This document shows positions 25,777 through 39,708 of a DNA stretch of 64,000 bases, piece after piece. The DNA is from Eledone cirrhosa (Eukaryota), in contig OZ024741.1 in the NCBI GenBank assembly GCA_964016885.1, positions 275,156,001 to 275,220,000 on the forward strand. The letters are read 5' to 3'. A program made the position numbers and the translations under genes. Every line of letters starts with the position of its first letter. Within the stretch, counting starts at the first letter, position 1. Under the pieces are notes generated by a model. The model ran no database searches. It was given only the letters and a program-made list of their open reading frames with translations, and was not told the DNA's origin.

Positions 25777-25900
25777 TTTTTTTTTTTCCCAAGAGATGGC
25801 AACATAAATTGACCTGTTATTTTTCTCTAAAAAATCTTTTTACGATTCTACCTTGCCCATCTCCTTAATCTTTCTCTTCCTTCTTTAATTTCTCATTCTT

Positions 25901-25936
25901 TCTTCTGATGAAGGACTAGCGTCTGAAATGTTAAGG
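25901..25936 (+). ncRNA. Family-C minimal hammerhead motif
   Basis: TCTT-CTGATGA-A-GGAC-TAGC-GTCT-GAAA-TG-TT-AAGG; element extends to about 26030 and into (TA)n; degenerate neighbour at 26320-26455. Confidence 0.7.
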
Positions 25937-26047
25937 TCCTCATCCTGTTATTTCAAGCATTAAACTAATATATTCATTCCATGTACTGTACCGTTAGTTT
26001 TGTTATTCCTGTTTACCTTTTACACACACACATATATATATATATAT

Positions 26048-26122
<75 letters not shown>

Positions 26123-26475
26123 GTGTATATGAAGGCATATACAATATCTATATGTGCAATAAACAGAGATTTGCCCCGATTATAAACCATGCTATGTCGT
26201 GCTATTGCTAATCTAGCTATTGATTTATCAATATGGTGACTTCAATAGACTTGTTTTTCTCAAAGAAATTTTCTTTCGTTTCTGCCACTGCCCACTCTCC
26301 TCTATCTTTCTATTTCTTCTTTAATTTCTCCTCTTTTCTGATTAACGACCAGCGTCCAAAACGTTGAGATTCTTTTCCTACTATATCAAGCATAAAACTA
26401 ATATATTTCTTGATTGTACTGATGTTTGCTTTGTTATTTCTGTTTACATTTGCATATATATATATATATATATAT

Positions 26476-26630
26476 ATAGGAACGAGTAGGACCCCAACGG
26501 CTGAGCTCAAGCCGTTTCGACGGCTAATTCTGCCGGGGTCCTACTCATTCCTATTACCCACTCTACTACCTTAAGTATTGAGTACTTTGGTGCGTTATGG
26601 TCCATCTGGTTCCTTACCACATTTCCTCCG

Positions 26631-26632
<2 letters not shown>
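26476..26632. mobile_element. Family-B divergent inverted element in (TA)n
   Basis: Left arm is the reverse complement of the HHR 3' half; right arm GGGGTCCTACTCATTCCTATTACCC...GTATTGAGTACTTTGGTGCGTTATGG. Confidence 0.8.
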
Positions 26633-26674
<42 letters not shown>

Positions 26675-26714
26675 CAGGATTAAACCAGTATTAAACTAGT
26701 TAGATCATTATTCA

Positions 26715-26812
26715 ATAGAGTACTCAATACTTGGGATAGTAGAGCGTGACTATATTAGAAAGAATTGGGGCCCAACAGCTGAGCTCTTGCCATTTTGACA
26801 GTTAGTTCCAGC
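26715..26812 (-). mobile_element. Family-B element, diverged
   Basis: GTACTCAATACTTGGG and GCTGAGCTCTTGCCATTTTGACAG motifs. Confidence 0.65.
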
Positions 26813-26813
26813 T

Positions 26814-27525
26814 TCATCATCATCATCATCATCATCAACGTTTAACGTCCGTGTTCCACGCTTGCATGGGTTTGGACGGGGGTAGTCCCACTTGAGGCAA
26901 GAGTGATTGTCTTGCTCGCATAGGACTGTCTGGCAGGTTTTCTACAGTTGGATGCCCTTCCTAACACCAACCACATTTACAGTGTGGGTCTGGGAGGTTT
27001 TTACCGTGTTGCCTACACGGCCACATTACAGCGTGGACTGTGTGTATTTTTGTCGTGACACCTACACGATCTCACTCGTTTCGGCCTGGATGGTGTGGCA
27101 CCAACATAACTTTACATAGAACGGGGTGGTGTGGATGGGGTGGGGGTGGTGGGACGGGACGGGGGGGGGGGGTATTTTGTTAGAGATGCCTACTGGCTGT
27201 AGTAGGTTTTACTATGTATTTAGGTAAGGCGGGTCTTCTCTATTACTGAGTACCGCCAAAGGTCTCGGTCCAGTGACATTGTCTTGGAGAGGTGTAAGTG
27301 TGTGAGGTCGGAGTTTATCAGCTCGTCCCAGGTTTTTCTAGGTCTGCCTATTCCGTGGCTACCGTCTATCTTTATTGCCCTGCACTTTGTTATACAGCTA
27401 TCGACTTTCATGCGCATCACATGACCATACCAAAGTAGCCTTCTCTCGAGTAAACAACATCTGATCCCTCTTATTTCTAATTTCTCCCTTAGTTCGTTTA
27501 TGCTTTGCCGTTCACGTATATTCAC
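26814..27525 (-). mobile_element. RTE LINE 3' end: ORF C-terminus, 3' UTR, (GAT)n tail
   Basis: RRLLWYGHVMRM...GRPRKTWDELI...DRDLWR; UTR motif GGATGCCCTTCCTAACACCAAC; UTR copies at 30225, 36770, 51942, 54005-54347. Confidence 0.9.
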
Positions 27526-27571
<46 letters not shown>

Positions 27572-27647
27572 AGACTTCTTTCAATGTCATTGTTATCTGG
27601 TGTTGTAATGTCTTCCCATCAATGGCCCTTGAAGCAAATATAAGAAA

Positions 27648-28292
27648 TCATCATCACCATCACCATCACCACCACCGTCATCATGATCATCATCACCACA
27701 TTCGTCGCTGTCGTCATCATCATCACCATCACCGTCATCATCACCACCTCCATCACTGTCATCATCATCAACACCATCATCATCATCAACACCATCATCA
27801 TCATCACCATCATCATCACCATCACCATCATCATCATCACCATCATCAATATTACCACCACCATTACCACCACCATCAGTATCGTCACCATCACAATCAC
27901 CATCACCATTATCATCATCACCGCCACCACCATCATCATCATCATCATCACCATCATCATCATCACCACCATCATTATCACCACCGTCATCATCACCACC
28001 ATCATCATCATCACCATCATCATTATTACCACCACCATTATCACCACCATCAGTATCGTCATCATCACCACCACCACCACCACCACCACCACCATCATCA
28101 CCACGATCATCACCACCACCATTACCACCACCATCATCATCATCACCACCATCACCACCACCACCACCATCATCACCACCACCATCATCATCACCACCAT
28201 TATCACCACCATCAGTATTGTCATCATCACCACCACTATCACCATCATCATCATCATCATCACCACTACCACCATCACACCATCATCATCAT
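27648..28292. repeat. (CAT/CAC)n compound microsatellite
   Basis: Direct inspection. Confidence 0.95.
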
Positions 28293-28966
28293 TTGCTAAT
28301 AAAGAAAATCTTTATTTTCACTTATACTATATTGCTGGTAATAACACTTGTTAATTCCCCTCCTGGGGTTTTTAACAGATATATAGAGAGTTTTGTACAA
28401 TAAAATAATTTTATTTCTAATAGCAGACTATAAAGTAGACACATCAAATCTGTTATCTGTCAGTTGTGTGAAATATCTTAAAGAGTTGTTATATATTTAT
28501 ATATAATTTAATTAGTCTTAGGCAAGTCTCTTCATTCACCACCTGCCACCACCAACACAGCTACTATTATATATACTTATTTTACAATGTAATAAACTGA
28601 ATATAAAATGGCTTAACATACCAGTTTATTGTCATTATAATTAGATATGTGTGATTGCATGTGTGTGTCACTGTCTGTATATGTATGTGTGAGTGTGTGT
28701 GTGTGTGTGTGTCACTGTATATATATATGTATGTGTGAGTGTGGGTGTGTGTCTATGTGTATATTTGTATATTTGTAGTATCTTTATAATAAACTTAGGA
28801 AAATTAATATATATGGGTAAAATTATATGTATATGTGTGTGTGTGTCAACAAACGTATAAATGAAGCTGATCTCTCGGACTTTTACAAAGGGCTGAGGGA
28901 ATAAAATTGGGTGAAGACTCTTTAAAGATGGAAAAAGGAGTTGCCATCAGCCACTCTATATATATA

Positions 28967-29437
28967 TCTAAACTATAATAAAGGAAGGTCTGCGGGATTG
29001 CGTACGGTTTATTTATTTTTATCCCGTTTGTAAAATAAGTTGATTACTTTGAATAAATAATGAATGAATATTACATAATTTATCTACTAAATTTCGTGGC
29101 TATTCATTAAATATATTTTATTATTTATTTAAAGATTCACTTCTTTAAAATTTTCAAATGTCAACACTTCCGGTGGCGATCGCTTAAATAAATTTTTTGT
29201 CACTAATTTTCTCCTAATACAGTTTATATATAATATCGTCTTTTTTTAATGTATCATGGATTACGTTACTGATTACATAAGACAGTGTAACAGTCTTCGT
29301 TCAATTTCTGTGTACATTGTCAATTACGATTTTATTTGACGTATCATATCTACATGTATATATACTTGCGTATAATATCAATATACACACTACACCTGCT
29401 TGCAGAAAACCACCCGAGGGGTGGTTTTTTCTGCTAG
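28967..29437 (+). mobile_element. Non-autonomous Helitron
   Basis: A|TCTAAACTATAATAAAG 5' end; subterminal hairpin AAAACCACCC-GA-GGGGTGGTTTT then CTAG|T. Confidence 0.75.
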
Positions 29438-29476
29438 TATATTTAATTACATAATAAACAACAGAATATAATTATT

Positions 29477-29542
29477 CCATTACCAAAGGTTTCAGGAAAC
29501 TAGACGCTCCTAACAGAAACGTCCAGTTTGCTCATCAGATGA
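29477..29542 (-). ncRNA. Type I hammerhead motif with long stem II
   Basis: Minus: TCAT-CTGATGA-GC-AAACTGGACG-TTTCTGTTAGGAG-CGTCTAGTTT-CCT-GAAA-CC-TTT-GG-TA-ATGG. Confidence 0.75.
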
Positions 29543-29595
29543 CATAGTTATGTTTTGGATATAATATTTGAAATTAATATGTATTAAAAAGGAAT

Positions 29596-29865
29596 GTTTC
29601 ACGATCGTCAGGCTGAGGAGGCCAAACTCTCCAAATACTGGTCGCTCTCCGACAAGTTTGTGGTCGTACCCTTGGCAGTGCAGACTTCTGGTGTCCTTGG
29701 CCCTAGGGATACCTCCCTACTCACCACCATGGGCGCTGAGCTGACCAGCCGCAGGTGTGAGCCTCATGAGTTGGAATGGCTTTTCCAGCGCATCTCCCTT
29801 ACCATCCTCCGGGGAAAGGCCTTCTCCATCCTGTCCGCCAGGGCTGTGGGGAGGCCACCAATATG
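29596..29865 (+). mobile_element. CRE-like non-LTR retrotransposon 3' end
   Basis: AEEAKLSKY...FVVVPLAVQTSGVLGP...LFQRISLTILRGKAFSIL. Confidence 0.8.
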
Positions 29866-29948
29866 ATTGACTGACTTGTCATTTTATCAGTCAACTGTTG
29901 CTGTCATTAACATCTGTCAGTCTATTATTGAGTTGGTGTTTGAAATAT

Positions 29949-30130
29949 AATTGTTTCTACTTTGGCACAAGGCCAGCAATCACCCAGTGTATTACTGGTA
30001 CTTTATTTTATCGACCCCGTAAGGATGAAAGGCAAAGTCAACCTCGGCGGGATTTGAACTCAGATCGTAAAGGGCTGTAACTACTCTGGAAAGCATGTCT
30101 GACCCTCTACCAATACTGCCTATTCACCCC
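29949..30130 (-). mobile_element. tRNA-derived SINE (family 1)
   Basis: Matches 1640-1825. Confidence 0.9.
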
Positions 30131-30224
30131 TCTTATTCAACCAGTATTGATAATACCCAACTCTGGAATTGATAGCTCATCAGATTCATGGTTTCCTTAA
30201 TGACAGAAGATATCTATATACCAC

Positions 30225-30392
30225 CATCATCATCATTTTCTAAGCTAGCATGGGTTAGACGGGTCAGTTGACTGTGTCTTGCTCATACAGAACTGTTTCT
30301 AGCTTGGTTTTTATGGCTGGATGCCCTTCCTAGTGCCAACCACTTTTACAGAGTGTACTGAGTGCTTTTTCTCATGACACCCACACAACCAC
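30225..30392 (-). mobile_element. RTE 3' UTR-like repeat
   Basis: GCTGGATGCCCTTCCTAGTGCCAACC motif and (CAT)n. Confidence 0.7.
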
Positions 30393-30515
30393 TATATATA
30401 TTAAACAATCAAAACTTATTCGGTCCTATCCGATAACTCTATCAGTATTATATATATATAATTGTTGCAACGTTTTTTGAAATATTTACTTCTGCGTTCA
30501 CAGATTGACTTTTTT

Positions 30516-30566
30516 AGTTTCAGAAGATCCCGTTAAGGGTGAAAGCAGCGATTCTTTGCCTAAACT
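30516..30566 (+). ncRNA. Degenerate type I hammerhead motif
   Basis: AGTTT-CAGAAGA-TCCC-GTTAA-GGGT-GAAA-GCA-GCGATTCTT-TGC-CT-AAACT: all three stems intact, two core substitutions. Confidence 0.5.
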
Positions 30567-30585
30567 TTAATCTGTTATTTTAATA

Positions 30586-30773
30586 ATTGTTTCTACTTTT
30601 GGCACAAGGCCAGCAATTACTCAGTACATTACTGGTACTTTATTTTATCGACCCCGTAAGGATGAAAGGCAAAGTTAACCTCGGCGGGATTTGAACTCAG
30701 AATGGCAAGGGCCGTAACTCTATGCGTCAAAGCATGGCGTCCAACCCTCTACCGATACTGCCAATTCACCGCC
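30586..30773 (-). mobile_element. tRNA-derived SINE (family 1) with apparent TSD
   Basis: Full copy; AATCTGTTATTTTAATAAT on both sides (30569 and 30779). Confidence 0.9.
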
Positions 30774-30877
30774 CTATAAATCTGTTATTTTAATAATATA
30801 TATATATATATCATTATCATCATTTGATGTCTGCTTTATCTGCTAGCAAGGGTTGGACTATATATATATATTGTGTG

Positions 30878-30945
<68 letters not shown>

Positions 30946-31199
30946 GGGGGTGGGGGGGGGAACACATATAGATATATATGTGTGTGTATGTATGTGTATA
31001 TATATATATATATATGTGTTTGTGTGTACATATATAGATATATGTGTATATGTGTATGTATGTATATATATGTGTGTTTGTGTGTGTATATGTGTGTGTG
31101 TATGTATATATATATGTGTGTGTGTATACATATGTATGTGTGTGTATGTATATATGTGTGTGTGTGTCTGTGTCTGTATACATAAATATATAAGTGTGC

Positions 31200-31258
<59 letters not shown>

Positions 31259-31524
31259 TATATAAATCATCTAAAACCAATAACAATAAGATGACAATGA
31301 AGAAATGATATTGAAAATGTGTGAAAAATGGGAAGATGTTGTCTGCTGTTGAATTATGGGAAGGCTACTTGTATAAATTAGTTTGTCATTCCATGAAACT
31401 GATGCACTGCACGCTCGTTAACATTTAACGCAACACTTGCAACACTGCACATGGCAACATGCCTACATTCAGTGCACCCATGACAGACAGACAGACAGAC
31501 AAGTACTCCACCCCTTTTTTTTAT

Positions 31525-32445
31525 ATTGCTGTTGTTGCTATTGCTTTTGTTATTATTGGTGGTGGTGGTGATGGTGGTGTTGATGCTGGTGGTGGAGGTG
31601 GTGGTCATGATGATGTTATTGGTGGTGGTGGTGGTGTTGATGCTGGTGGTGGAGGTGGTGGCAGTGGTGGTGGTCATGATGATGTTATTGGTGGTGGTGG
31701 TGGTGTTGATGCTGGTGGTGGAGGTGGTGGCAGTGGTGGTGGTCATGATGATGTTATTGGTGGTGGTGGTGGTGGTGATGCTGGTGGTGGAGGTGGTGGC
31801 AGTGGTGGTGGTCATGATGATGTTATTGGTGGTGGTGGTGGTGTTGATGCTGGTGGTGGAGGTGGTGGCAGTGGTGGTGGTCATGATGATGTTATTGGTG
31901 GTGGTGGTGGTGGTGATGATGATGTTATTGGTGGTGGTGGTGGTGGTGGTGTTGTTGGTGGTGGTGGTGGTGGTGGTGATGTTGTTATTGGTGGCGGTGG
32001 TGGTGGTGGTGGTGGTGATGATGTTGTTGTTCTTGGTGGTGGTGGTACTGGCGATGTTGTTATTGGTGGTGGAGCTGGTGGTGGTGGTGGTGTTGGTGAT
32101 GGTAGTGTTGGTGGTTGTGATGTTGTTGGTGGTGGTGGTGGTACTGGTGATGTTGTTATTGGTGGTGGTGACAGTGGCAGTGGTGGTGGTGGCGGTGGCA
32201 GTGGTGGTGGTGATGGTGGTGTTGGTGGTACTGGTGATGTTGTTGGTAGTGTTGTTTTTGTTTTGGGTGGTAGTGGTGCTGTTGGTCATGGTGGTGGTGG
32301 TGGTGGTAATGACTCTGGTGCTGATGTTGTTGACGTTGTTGTTGTTGTTGGTTGAAGTGATGGGGATGTTTTTATTGTTGGTGTTGTTGTTGTTGTTGGT
32401 GTTGGTGAGGGTGGTGATGGGGGTACTATTATTGTTGTTGTTGCT
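31525..32445. repeat. (GGT/GAT/GTT)n compound repeat with a 66-69 bp higher-order unit
   Basis: GGTCATGATGATGTTATTGGT recurs. Confidence 0.95.
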
Positions 32446-32699
32446 CCCCTTGTATCATTCTCAGCTGTTGGTAAGTGACTTTAAAGAAATCAATAAACAA
32501 GGGGCGGGGGGGGGGGATAACAAATGCTTACCTCTCACCTACAACCCCACACCACCCTGTCACTTACACCACCACACCACAGTCACTCAGAGCACCTTGC
32601 ATCTCACCCAACTCAACCCCCATACCACCAACAGCACCTATACCATTCACCCACACCACCAACATCAACCTGTCACTCACCCATTTGCCTATACCATCC

Positions 32700-33930
32700 A
32701 TACTACCCATCCCATTTACCCACACACCACCCTGTCGCTCATAGGACCCTACCACTACCCCCCCATACCACCCACACCACCATTACCATTTACCCACACA
32801 CCACCCTGTCACTCATAGGACTCTACCACCACCAGCACCACCATTACCGTTTACCCACACACCACCATGACACTCATAGGACCCTACCACTACCCCCCCA
32901 TACCACCCACACCACCATTACCATTTACCCACACACCACCCTGTCACTCATAGGACCCTACTACCACCACCATACCACCCACACCACCATTATCATTTAC
33001 CCATACACCACCCTGTCACTCATAGGACCCTACCACCACCACCATACCACCATTACCATTTACCCACACACCACCCTGTCACTCATAGGACCCTACTACC
33101 ACCACCATACCACCCACACCACCATTATCATTTACCCATACACCACCCTGTCACTCATAGGACCCTACCACCACCACCATACCACCCACACCACCATTAC
33201 CATTTACCCACACACCACCCTGTCGCTCATAGGACCCTATCACTACCCCCCCATACCATCCACACCACCATTACCATTTACCCACACACCACCATGTCAC
33301 TCATAGGACCCTACCACCACCACCATACCACCTACACACCACCATTACCATTTACCCACACACCACCCTGTCACTCATAGGACCCTACCACCATACCACC
33401 TACACCACCATTACCATTTACCCACACACCACCATGTCACTCATAGGACCCTACCACCACCACCATACCACCTACACACCACCATTACCATTTACCCACA
33501 CACCACCCTGTCACTCATAGGACCCTACCACCACCACCATACCACCTACACCACCATTACCATTTACCTACATACCACCATGACACTCATAGGACCCGAC
33601 CACTACCCCTCGCCCCCCTCCCCATACCACCCACACCACCATTACCATTTACCCACACACCACCCTGTCACTCATAGGACCCTACCACCACCACCATACC
33701 ACCTACACACCACCATTACCATTTACCCACATACCACCATGACACTCATAGGACCCTACCACTACCCCCCTCCCCCTCCCCATACCACCCACACCACCAT
33801 TACCATTTACCCACACACCACCCTGTCACTCAGGACCCTACCACCACCACCATACCACCCACACACCACCTTGTCACTCATAGAACCCTACCACTACCCC
33901 CCGCCCCACATCACCCACATCAACCTGTCA
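32700..33930. repeat. About 60-70 bp C-rich minisatellite
   Basis: CCATTACCATTTACCCACACACCACCCTGTCACTCATAGGACCCTAC recurs. Confidence 0.95.
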
Positions 33931-34852
33931 CTCACCAATCATCTTCAACAGAGCCACACCTTTGTCTAAAAAGGTCAGCCACTGATCTTTGCAAACACAC
34001 ATACACACATACACCTACACCTACATATGCATACACACACACATACACACATACACCTACACCTACATATGCATACACACACACACATACACACATACAC
34101 CTACACCTACATATGCATACACACACACACATACACCTACACCTACATATGCATACACACACACATATACACATGCATGCACATACATACACATACACAT
34201 ATATACAGACATACATATATATACATGCAAACATACATATGCATACACACACTTCTCTCTCTGCATATTTCATTTCACCCTGCTTGACCTCTCCCTGTTT
34301 TAATGTGGTGGTGGTGGTGGTGGTAGTGGTGGTGGTGGTAGTGGTAGTGGTGGTAGTGGTAGTGGTAGTGGTGGTAGTGATGGTGGTGTTGGTAGTGGTG
34401 GTGGTAGTGGTGGTAGTGGTGGTGGTAGTGATGGTGGTGTTGGTAGTGGTGGTGGTAGTGATGGTGGTAGTGGTGGTGGTGGTGGTGTTGGTAGTGGTGT
34501 TAGTGATGGTGGTGTTGGTAGTGGTGGTGGTGGTGGTGGTGGTAGTGATGGCGGTGGTGGTAGTGATGGTGGTGGTGGTGGTGATTGTGATGGTAGCACT
34601 AGCTAGAGTGTGGTGTTATAGTGTTGATAGTGGTAGTGATGATGGTATTGGTGGTGGTGGTGATGGTATTGGTGTTGATGTTGGTGGTAGTGATGATGTT
34701 GTTGGCGATGATAGTGATGGGAAAAGGGTCCCCTTCCTCCCCCCCTCCCCTATTAATAATGATGGATGCTCCATTGATTTTCTCATCAACTCAACACAAA
34801 CCAAGTTTAAGTGGTTCAATACCATTCTTAACCACTCAGCCATACTTTCCAA

Positions 34853-35667
34853 TAATGGTTTCTATTTTTGGCACAAGGCCAGCAATTTCGGAGAGTAGGA
34901 GGGTGGGAGTTAATTATCTCAACCCCAGTACTTGACTGGTACCTTATTTTATTGACCCCGTAAGGATGAAAGGCAAAGTTAACCTTGGCGGATTTGAACT
35001 CAGGCCGTAAAGGGGCATAACTCTATGCTGCAAAGCATGGCATCCGACCCTCTACCGATACTGCCAATCCACCGTCCTTATGCTTTCTAATTTTGGCACA
35101 AGGCCAGCAATTTGAAGGGAGGGCAGGTTTAAGTTGATTATCTCAACCCCAATACTTCACTGGTATTTTATCTTATTGACCCTGGAAGGGTGAAAAACAA
35201 AGTTACCCTTGACATGGTTTGAACTCAGAACATAGAAAATTGTAACTAAATACCATAAAGCATTTTATCCGAAGCTCTACTGATTCTGCCAACCCACTGT
35301 CTTCAATAATAATTGTTTCTACTTTTGGCTCAAGGCCAGTAATTCTGGGAGAAGGAGAAATTGATTAAATCAACCCCAGTATTTTACTGGTACTTCATTT
35401 TATCGATCTCAGAAGGGTGAAAGACAAAGTTGACCTCAGTGGGATTTGACCTCAGAACATAAAGGCTTGTAACTTAATATCACAAAGCATTTTGTCTGAT
35501 GCTCTACCAATGCAGCTCCTAATAATGATTTTTGATTTAGGCACAAGGCCAACAATTTTGGGGGAGGGGAAAGTTGACTGAAGTGACCCCAGTGCATTAC
35601 TGGTACTTTATTATATCGACCTCGGAAGGATGAAAGGCAAAGTTGACTTCGGTGGGATTTGAGCTCA
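34853..35667 (-). mobile_element. Cluster of four head-to-tail family-1 SINEs
   Basis: GGCACAAGGCCA tail plus core at about 34853, 35083, 35311, 35521. Confidence 0.85.
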
Positions 35668-36353
35668 ACATTATCTCTCTCTCACCCTCTCCACACAGTT
35701 TTACTACCTCTCTTCCTTTCTTTCACCCTCCCTCTCTACCTTTCTCTCACCCTCTCTACCTCTCTCACCCTCTCTACCTCTCTCTCATCCTCTCTACCTC
35801 TCTCTCACCCTCTCTACCTCTCTCTCGCACTCGCTACCTCTCTCACCCTCACTACATCTCCCCCACCCTCTCTCTGTCACCCTCTCTACCTCTCCCCACC
35901 CTCTCTACCCTTACCCCCACTCCTCTACCCCCCCCCCTCGCTCTCCACACAGTTACATAATCATGTACCCACTTTACACTCATCCCTAATAAACATGTCC
36001 CTTTCAAGTACTTAACACCTTTCAACTCCATCTTTCTCCAACTTTTCTATTTCATACATCAGCCCCTCTTCCTTGCTTCTATCTACATTCAGTCAGCTTT
36101 ACACACTCCCATCTTATAAACACCAGCTTTCTCCATAAAATCTATTACGTCCAAACTTGTATAACACTACATCCCCTTCTATATTTCTTTCTTTCTTTCT
36201 TTTTTATCCCTGTATGTTTCTTTATTCTTCCCTTTCTCTTCATCTTTCATTATATGTTATGTAAACCTTGCTGTCTCTTACAAAATCTATATTTTATTAC
36301 CTCTGCTAGCAACAAAGGAATTCTCTCTCAGAATCAAGAAGAGATTATATATA

Positions 36354-36432
36354 CAGGATGTCCCCAAAAAATGTATACACACTTCAACAGCATTTTAATA
36401 AATATGTGTATACATTTCGGGGGGGACAACCA

Positions 36433-36433
<1 letters not shown>
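36354..36433. mobile_element. Tc1/mariner-type mini-MITE
   Basis: Related to 13275-13373. Confidence 0.75.
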
Positions 36434-36509
<76 letters not shown>

Positions 36510-36556
36510 CATATATATATACACATATATATATATATATACATATATATGTACAC

Positions 36557-36598
<42 letters not shown>

Positions 36599-36656
36599 AC
36601 ATATATATATACATATATATATACATATATATATACATATATATATACATATATAT

Positions 36657-36712
<56 letters not shown>

Positions 36713-36769
36713 TTAATACATTGACAGAGAAAGCTTTAAGCAATACTCCGACCGATATATATATATATG

Positions 36770-37053
36770 TGCCACAACATCCAGGCCGAAACAAATGAGT
36801 TCGTGTAGGTGTCACGACAAAAAAACACACAGTCCACGCTGTAATGTGGCCGTGTAGGCAACACGGTAAAAACCTCCCAGCCCCACACTGTAAATGTGGT
36901 TGGTGTTAGGAAGGGCATCCAGCTGTAGAAAACCCGCCAGACAGTCCTATGCGAGCAAGACAATCACTCTTGCCTCAAGTGGGAAAACCCCCGTCCAAAC
37001 CCATGCAAGCGTGGAACACGGACGTTAAACGTTGATGATGATGATGATGATGA
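36770..37053 (+). mobile_element. RTE 3' UTR with (GAT)n tail
   Basis: Near-identical reverse complement of 26814-27105. Confidence 0.9.
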
Positions 37054-37241
37054 TATATGATGCTTGTGTAAGAAGTGTGATGTTGCATGATAGCAAAACA
37101 CAGATATTAAGTGTGGTGTATATGCAAATGGCAGAAAATATTTGGTTGGTATATTCTGTTGGGTGTGTAATGTTAAACCCTTTAGTTACCAACCCGGTCA
37201 AAACTAGCTCTGGTTCTATAAAATAAAGCCAACCATTTTAA

Positions 37242-37748
37242 CCCTTTAACATTTACATTACTCTATATTTAGTACTGTATTTTCACAGTAAAGGCTTTAC
37301 CTCACATAATTATCTCACATAATATCTCACCTATCATTTACATTACTCTATATTTAGTACTGTATTTTCACAGTAAAGGCTTTACCTCACATAATTATCT
37401 CACATAATATCTCACCTATCATTTACATTACTCTATATTTAGTACTGTATTTTCACAGTAAAGGCTTTACCTCACATAATTATCTCACATAATATCGAAT
37501 CTATGAGATTTTTGGATTGGCAATATCGGTAGAGGGTCTGACGCTATGCTTTGCAGCAAAGAATTATGGCCTTTTATGGTCTGAGTTCAAATTCTGCCGA
37601 GGTTAACTTTGCCTTTCATCTTTACGGGGTTGATAAAATAAAGTACCAGTAATACACTGGGATAATTGCTGGCCTTGTGCTAAATGTAGAAACAATTATT
37701 TATTTTGAGAACAAGACCTTTAATATCAGCGGTTTAAATGCTAAAGGA
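37242..37748. mobile_element. piggyBac-like MITE with internal 85-bp triplication (37250-37496) and nested family-1 SINE (37514-37697)
   Basis: TTAA|CCCTTTAACAT...ATGCTAAAGGA|TTAA; internal sequence is the reverse complement of 19540-19635. Confidence 0.75.
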
Positions 37749-38068
37749 TTAAAGCTTATCCAATTAAAATTAAAACCTTCCAACATAATTTTATATAAGA
37801 ACTTTACATTAAGTTACTATTATAGTAATGAAATCGTCTTCTTCTTTGCCCACTTATTCTTGAGAGGGTCATGGGGCCAGAGTTCTTTAACATTATAGTA
37901 ATGAAATAATTAATAATTTTAGTAAATCCCCCAAAAATTTCTTCAATAATTGATTGAAATGGAGTATATTTCATTAGAAATGCAGTCACAAAGGGGTTAA
38001 GGTACATGAATGACAAAGCACAAATAAGTTGAGAGAAAAACTAGTGACAACAGGGATTATATATATTG

Positions 38069-38406
38069 TGCTAGAGTAGAGAGAAGACTGAGCTGGTATA
38101 GACATGTAATGTGACTGACCAATGGCAATAGAGTAAAGTGCCTAGTGATCAGAGCAGAAGGAAACTACAGAAAAGGAAAACATTGAATGGTAAAAGCTGA
38201 CCTCAGGAGGTTGAATTTCAGGAAAGAAATGACAAAGGACCACGATATAAGGTAGGGATGTTGTATAAGAGAAGATGTGTCCAGTCTATACAAGCATGAA
38301 AAAGAAGTGTTAAATATGATGATGATGATGATGATGATATATTCACAGGCATATATCTGTAGAAATCTCTGGATGTGTGTGTGTGTATATATATATATAC
38401 ACAATG

Positions 38407-38461
<55 letters not shown>

Positions 38462-38511
38462 GCATGCATTCATACATCCAGAGATTTCTACAGATATATG
38501 TCTGTGAATAT

Positions 38512-38543
<32 letters not shown>

Positions 38544-38790
38544 ATTTAACACTTCTTTTTCATGCTTGTATAGACTGGACACATCTTCTCTTATACAACA
38601 TCCATACCTTATATCGTGGTCCTTTGTCATTTCTTTCCTGGAATTCAACCTCCTGAGGTCAGCTTTTACCATTCAATGTTTTCCTTTTCTGTAGTTTCCT
38701 TCTGCTCTGATCACTAGGCACTTTACTCTATTGCCATTGGTCAGTCACATTACATGTCTATACCAGCTCAGTCTTCTCTCTACTCTAGCA
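38069..38790. repeat. Long inverted duplication (arms 38069-38376 / 38474-38790) containing a decayed RTE 3' end
   Basis: Arms are reverse complements with about 3 substitutions and a different (GAT)n length; spacer is TA/CA microsatellite. Confidence 0.95.
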
Positions 38791-38795
38791 TATAC

Positions 38796-38828
<33 letters not shown>

Positions 38829-38890
38829 CATACATTGTGTATATATATATACACGCACATACATTGTATATATATATATGTATACACATA

Positions 38891-38991
<101 letters not shown>

Positions 38992-39079
38992 CATTGTGTA
39001 TATATATACACACACATACATTGTATATATATATATATATACACACATACATTGTATATATATATACATACATAGTATA

Positions 39080-39198
<119 letters not shown>

Positions 39199-39523
39199 TT
39201 GATCATGTAATCAGAGAAATCCACAATTAAAGAAAATCTTGGCCAAATTGTAAAGAAATGGTGAATAAAATATGTACACATATATACACACACGTACATG
39301 CAACTATGAATAGTAGAAACGTATGTATGTGGAGTGTATACATATATATATATGTATATGTGTGTATTTATTTATGTATGTATGTGTGTACATATATATA
39401 TATATGTGTATTTATGTATGTGTGTGTATATAAATATATATATATTTCTACATATATATATATATATATGTATTTATGAATGTGTATATATATATATACA
39501 TATATATATATATGTATTTATGA

Positions 39524-39708
<185 letters not shown>

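Noticed and set aside
27505-28299. Poly-histidine 264-aa ORF
   Set aside because: (CAT/CAC)n tract open in several frames, preceded by (TA)n; no gene structure
30120-30190. Minus-strand CTGATGA with following hairpin
   Set aside because: Followed by GAAT rather than GAAA and no stem I/III; overlaps a SINE end
31459-32355. Gly/His/Asp-rich ORF resembling a structural protein
   Set aside because: (GGT)n-derived, open in multiple frames and strands; similar tracts are common in this window
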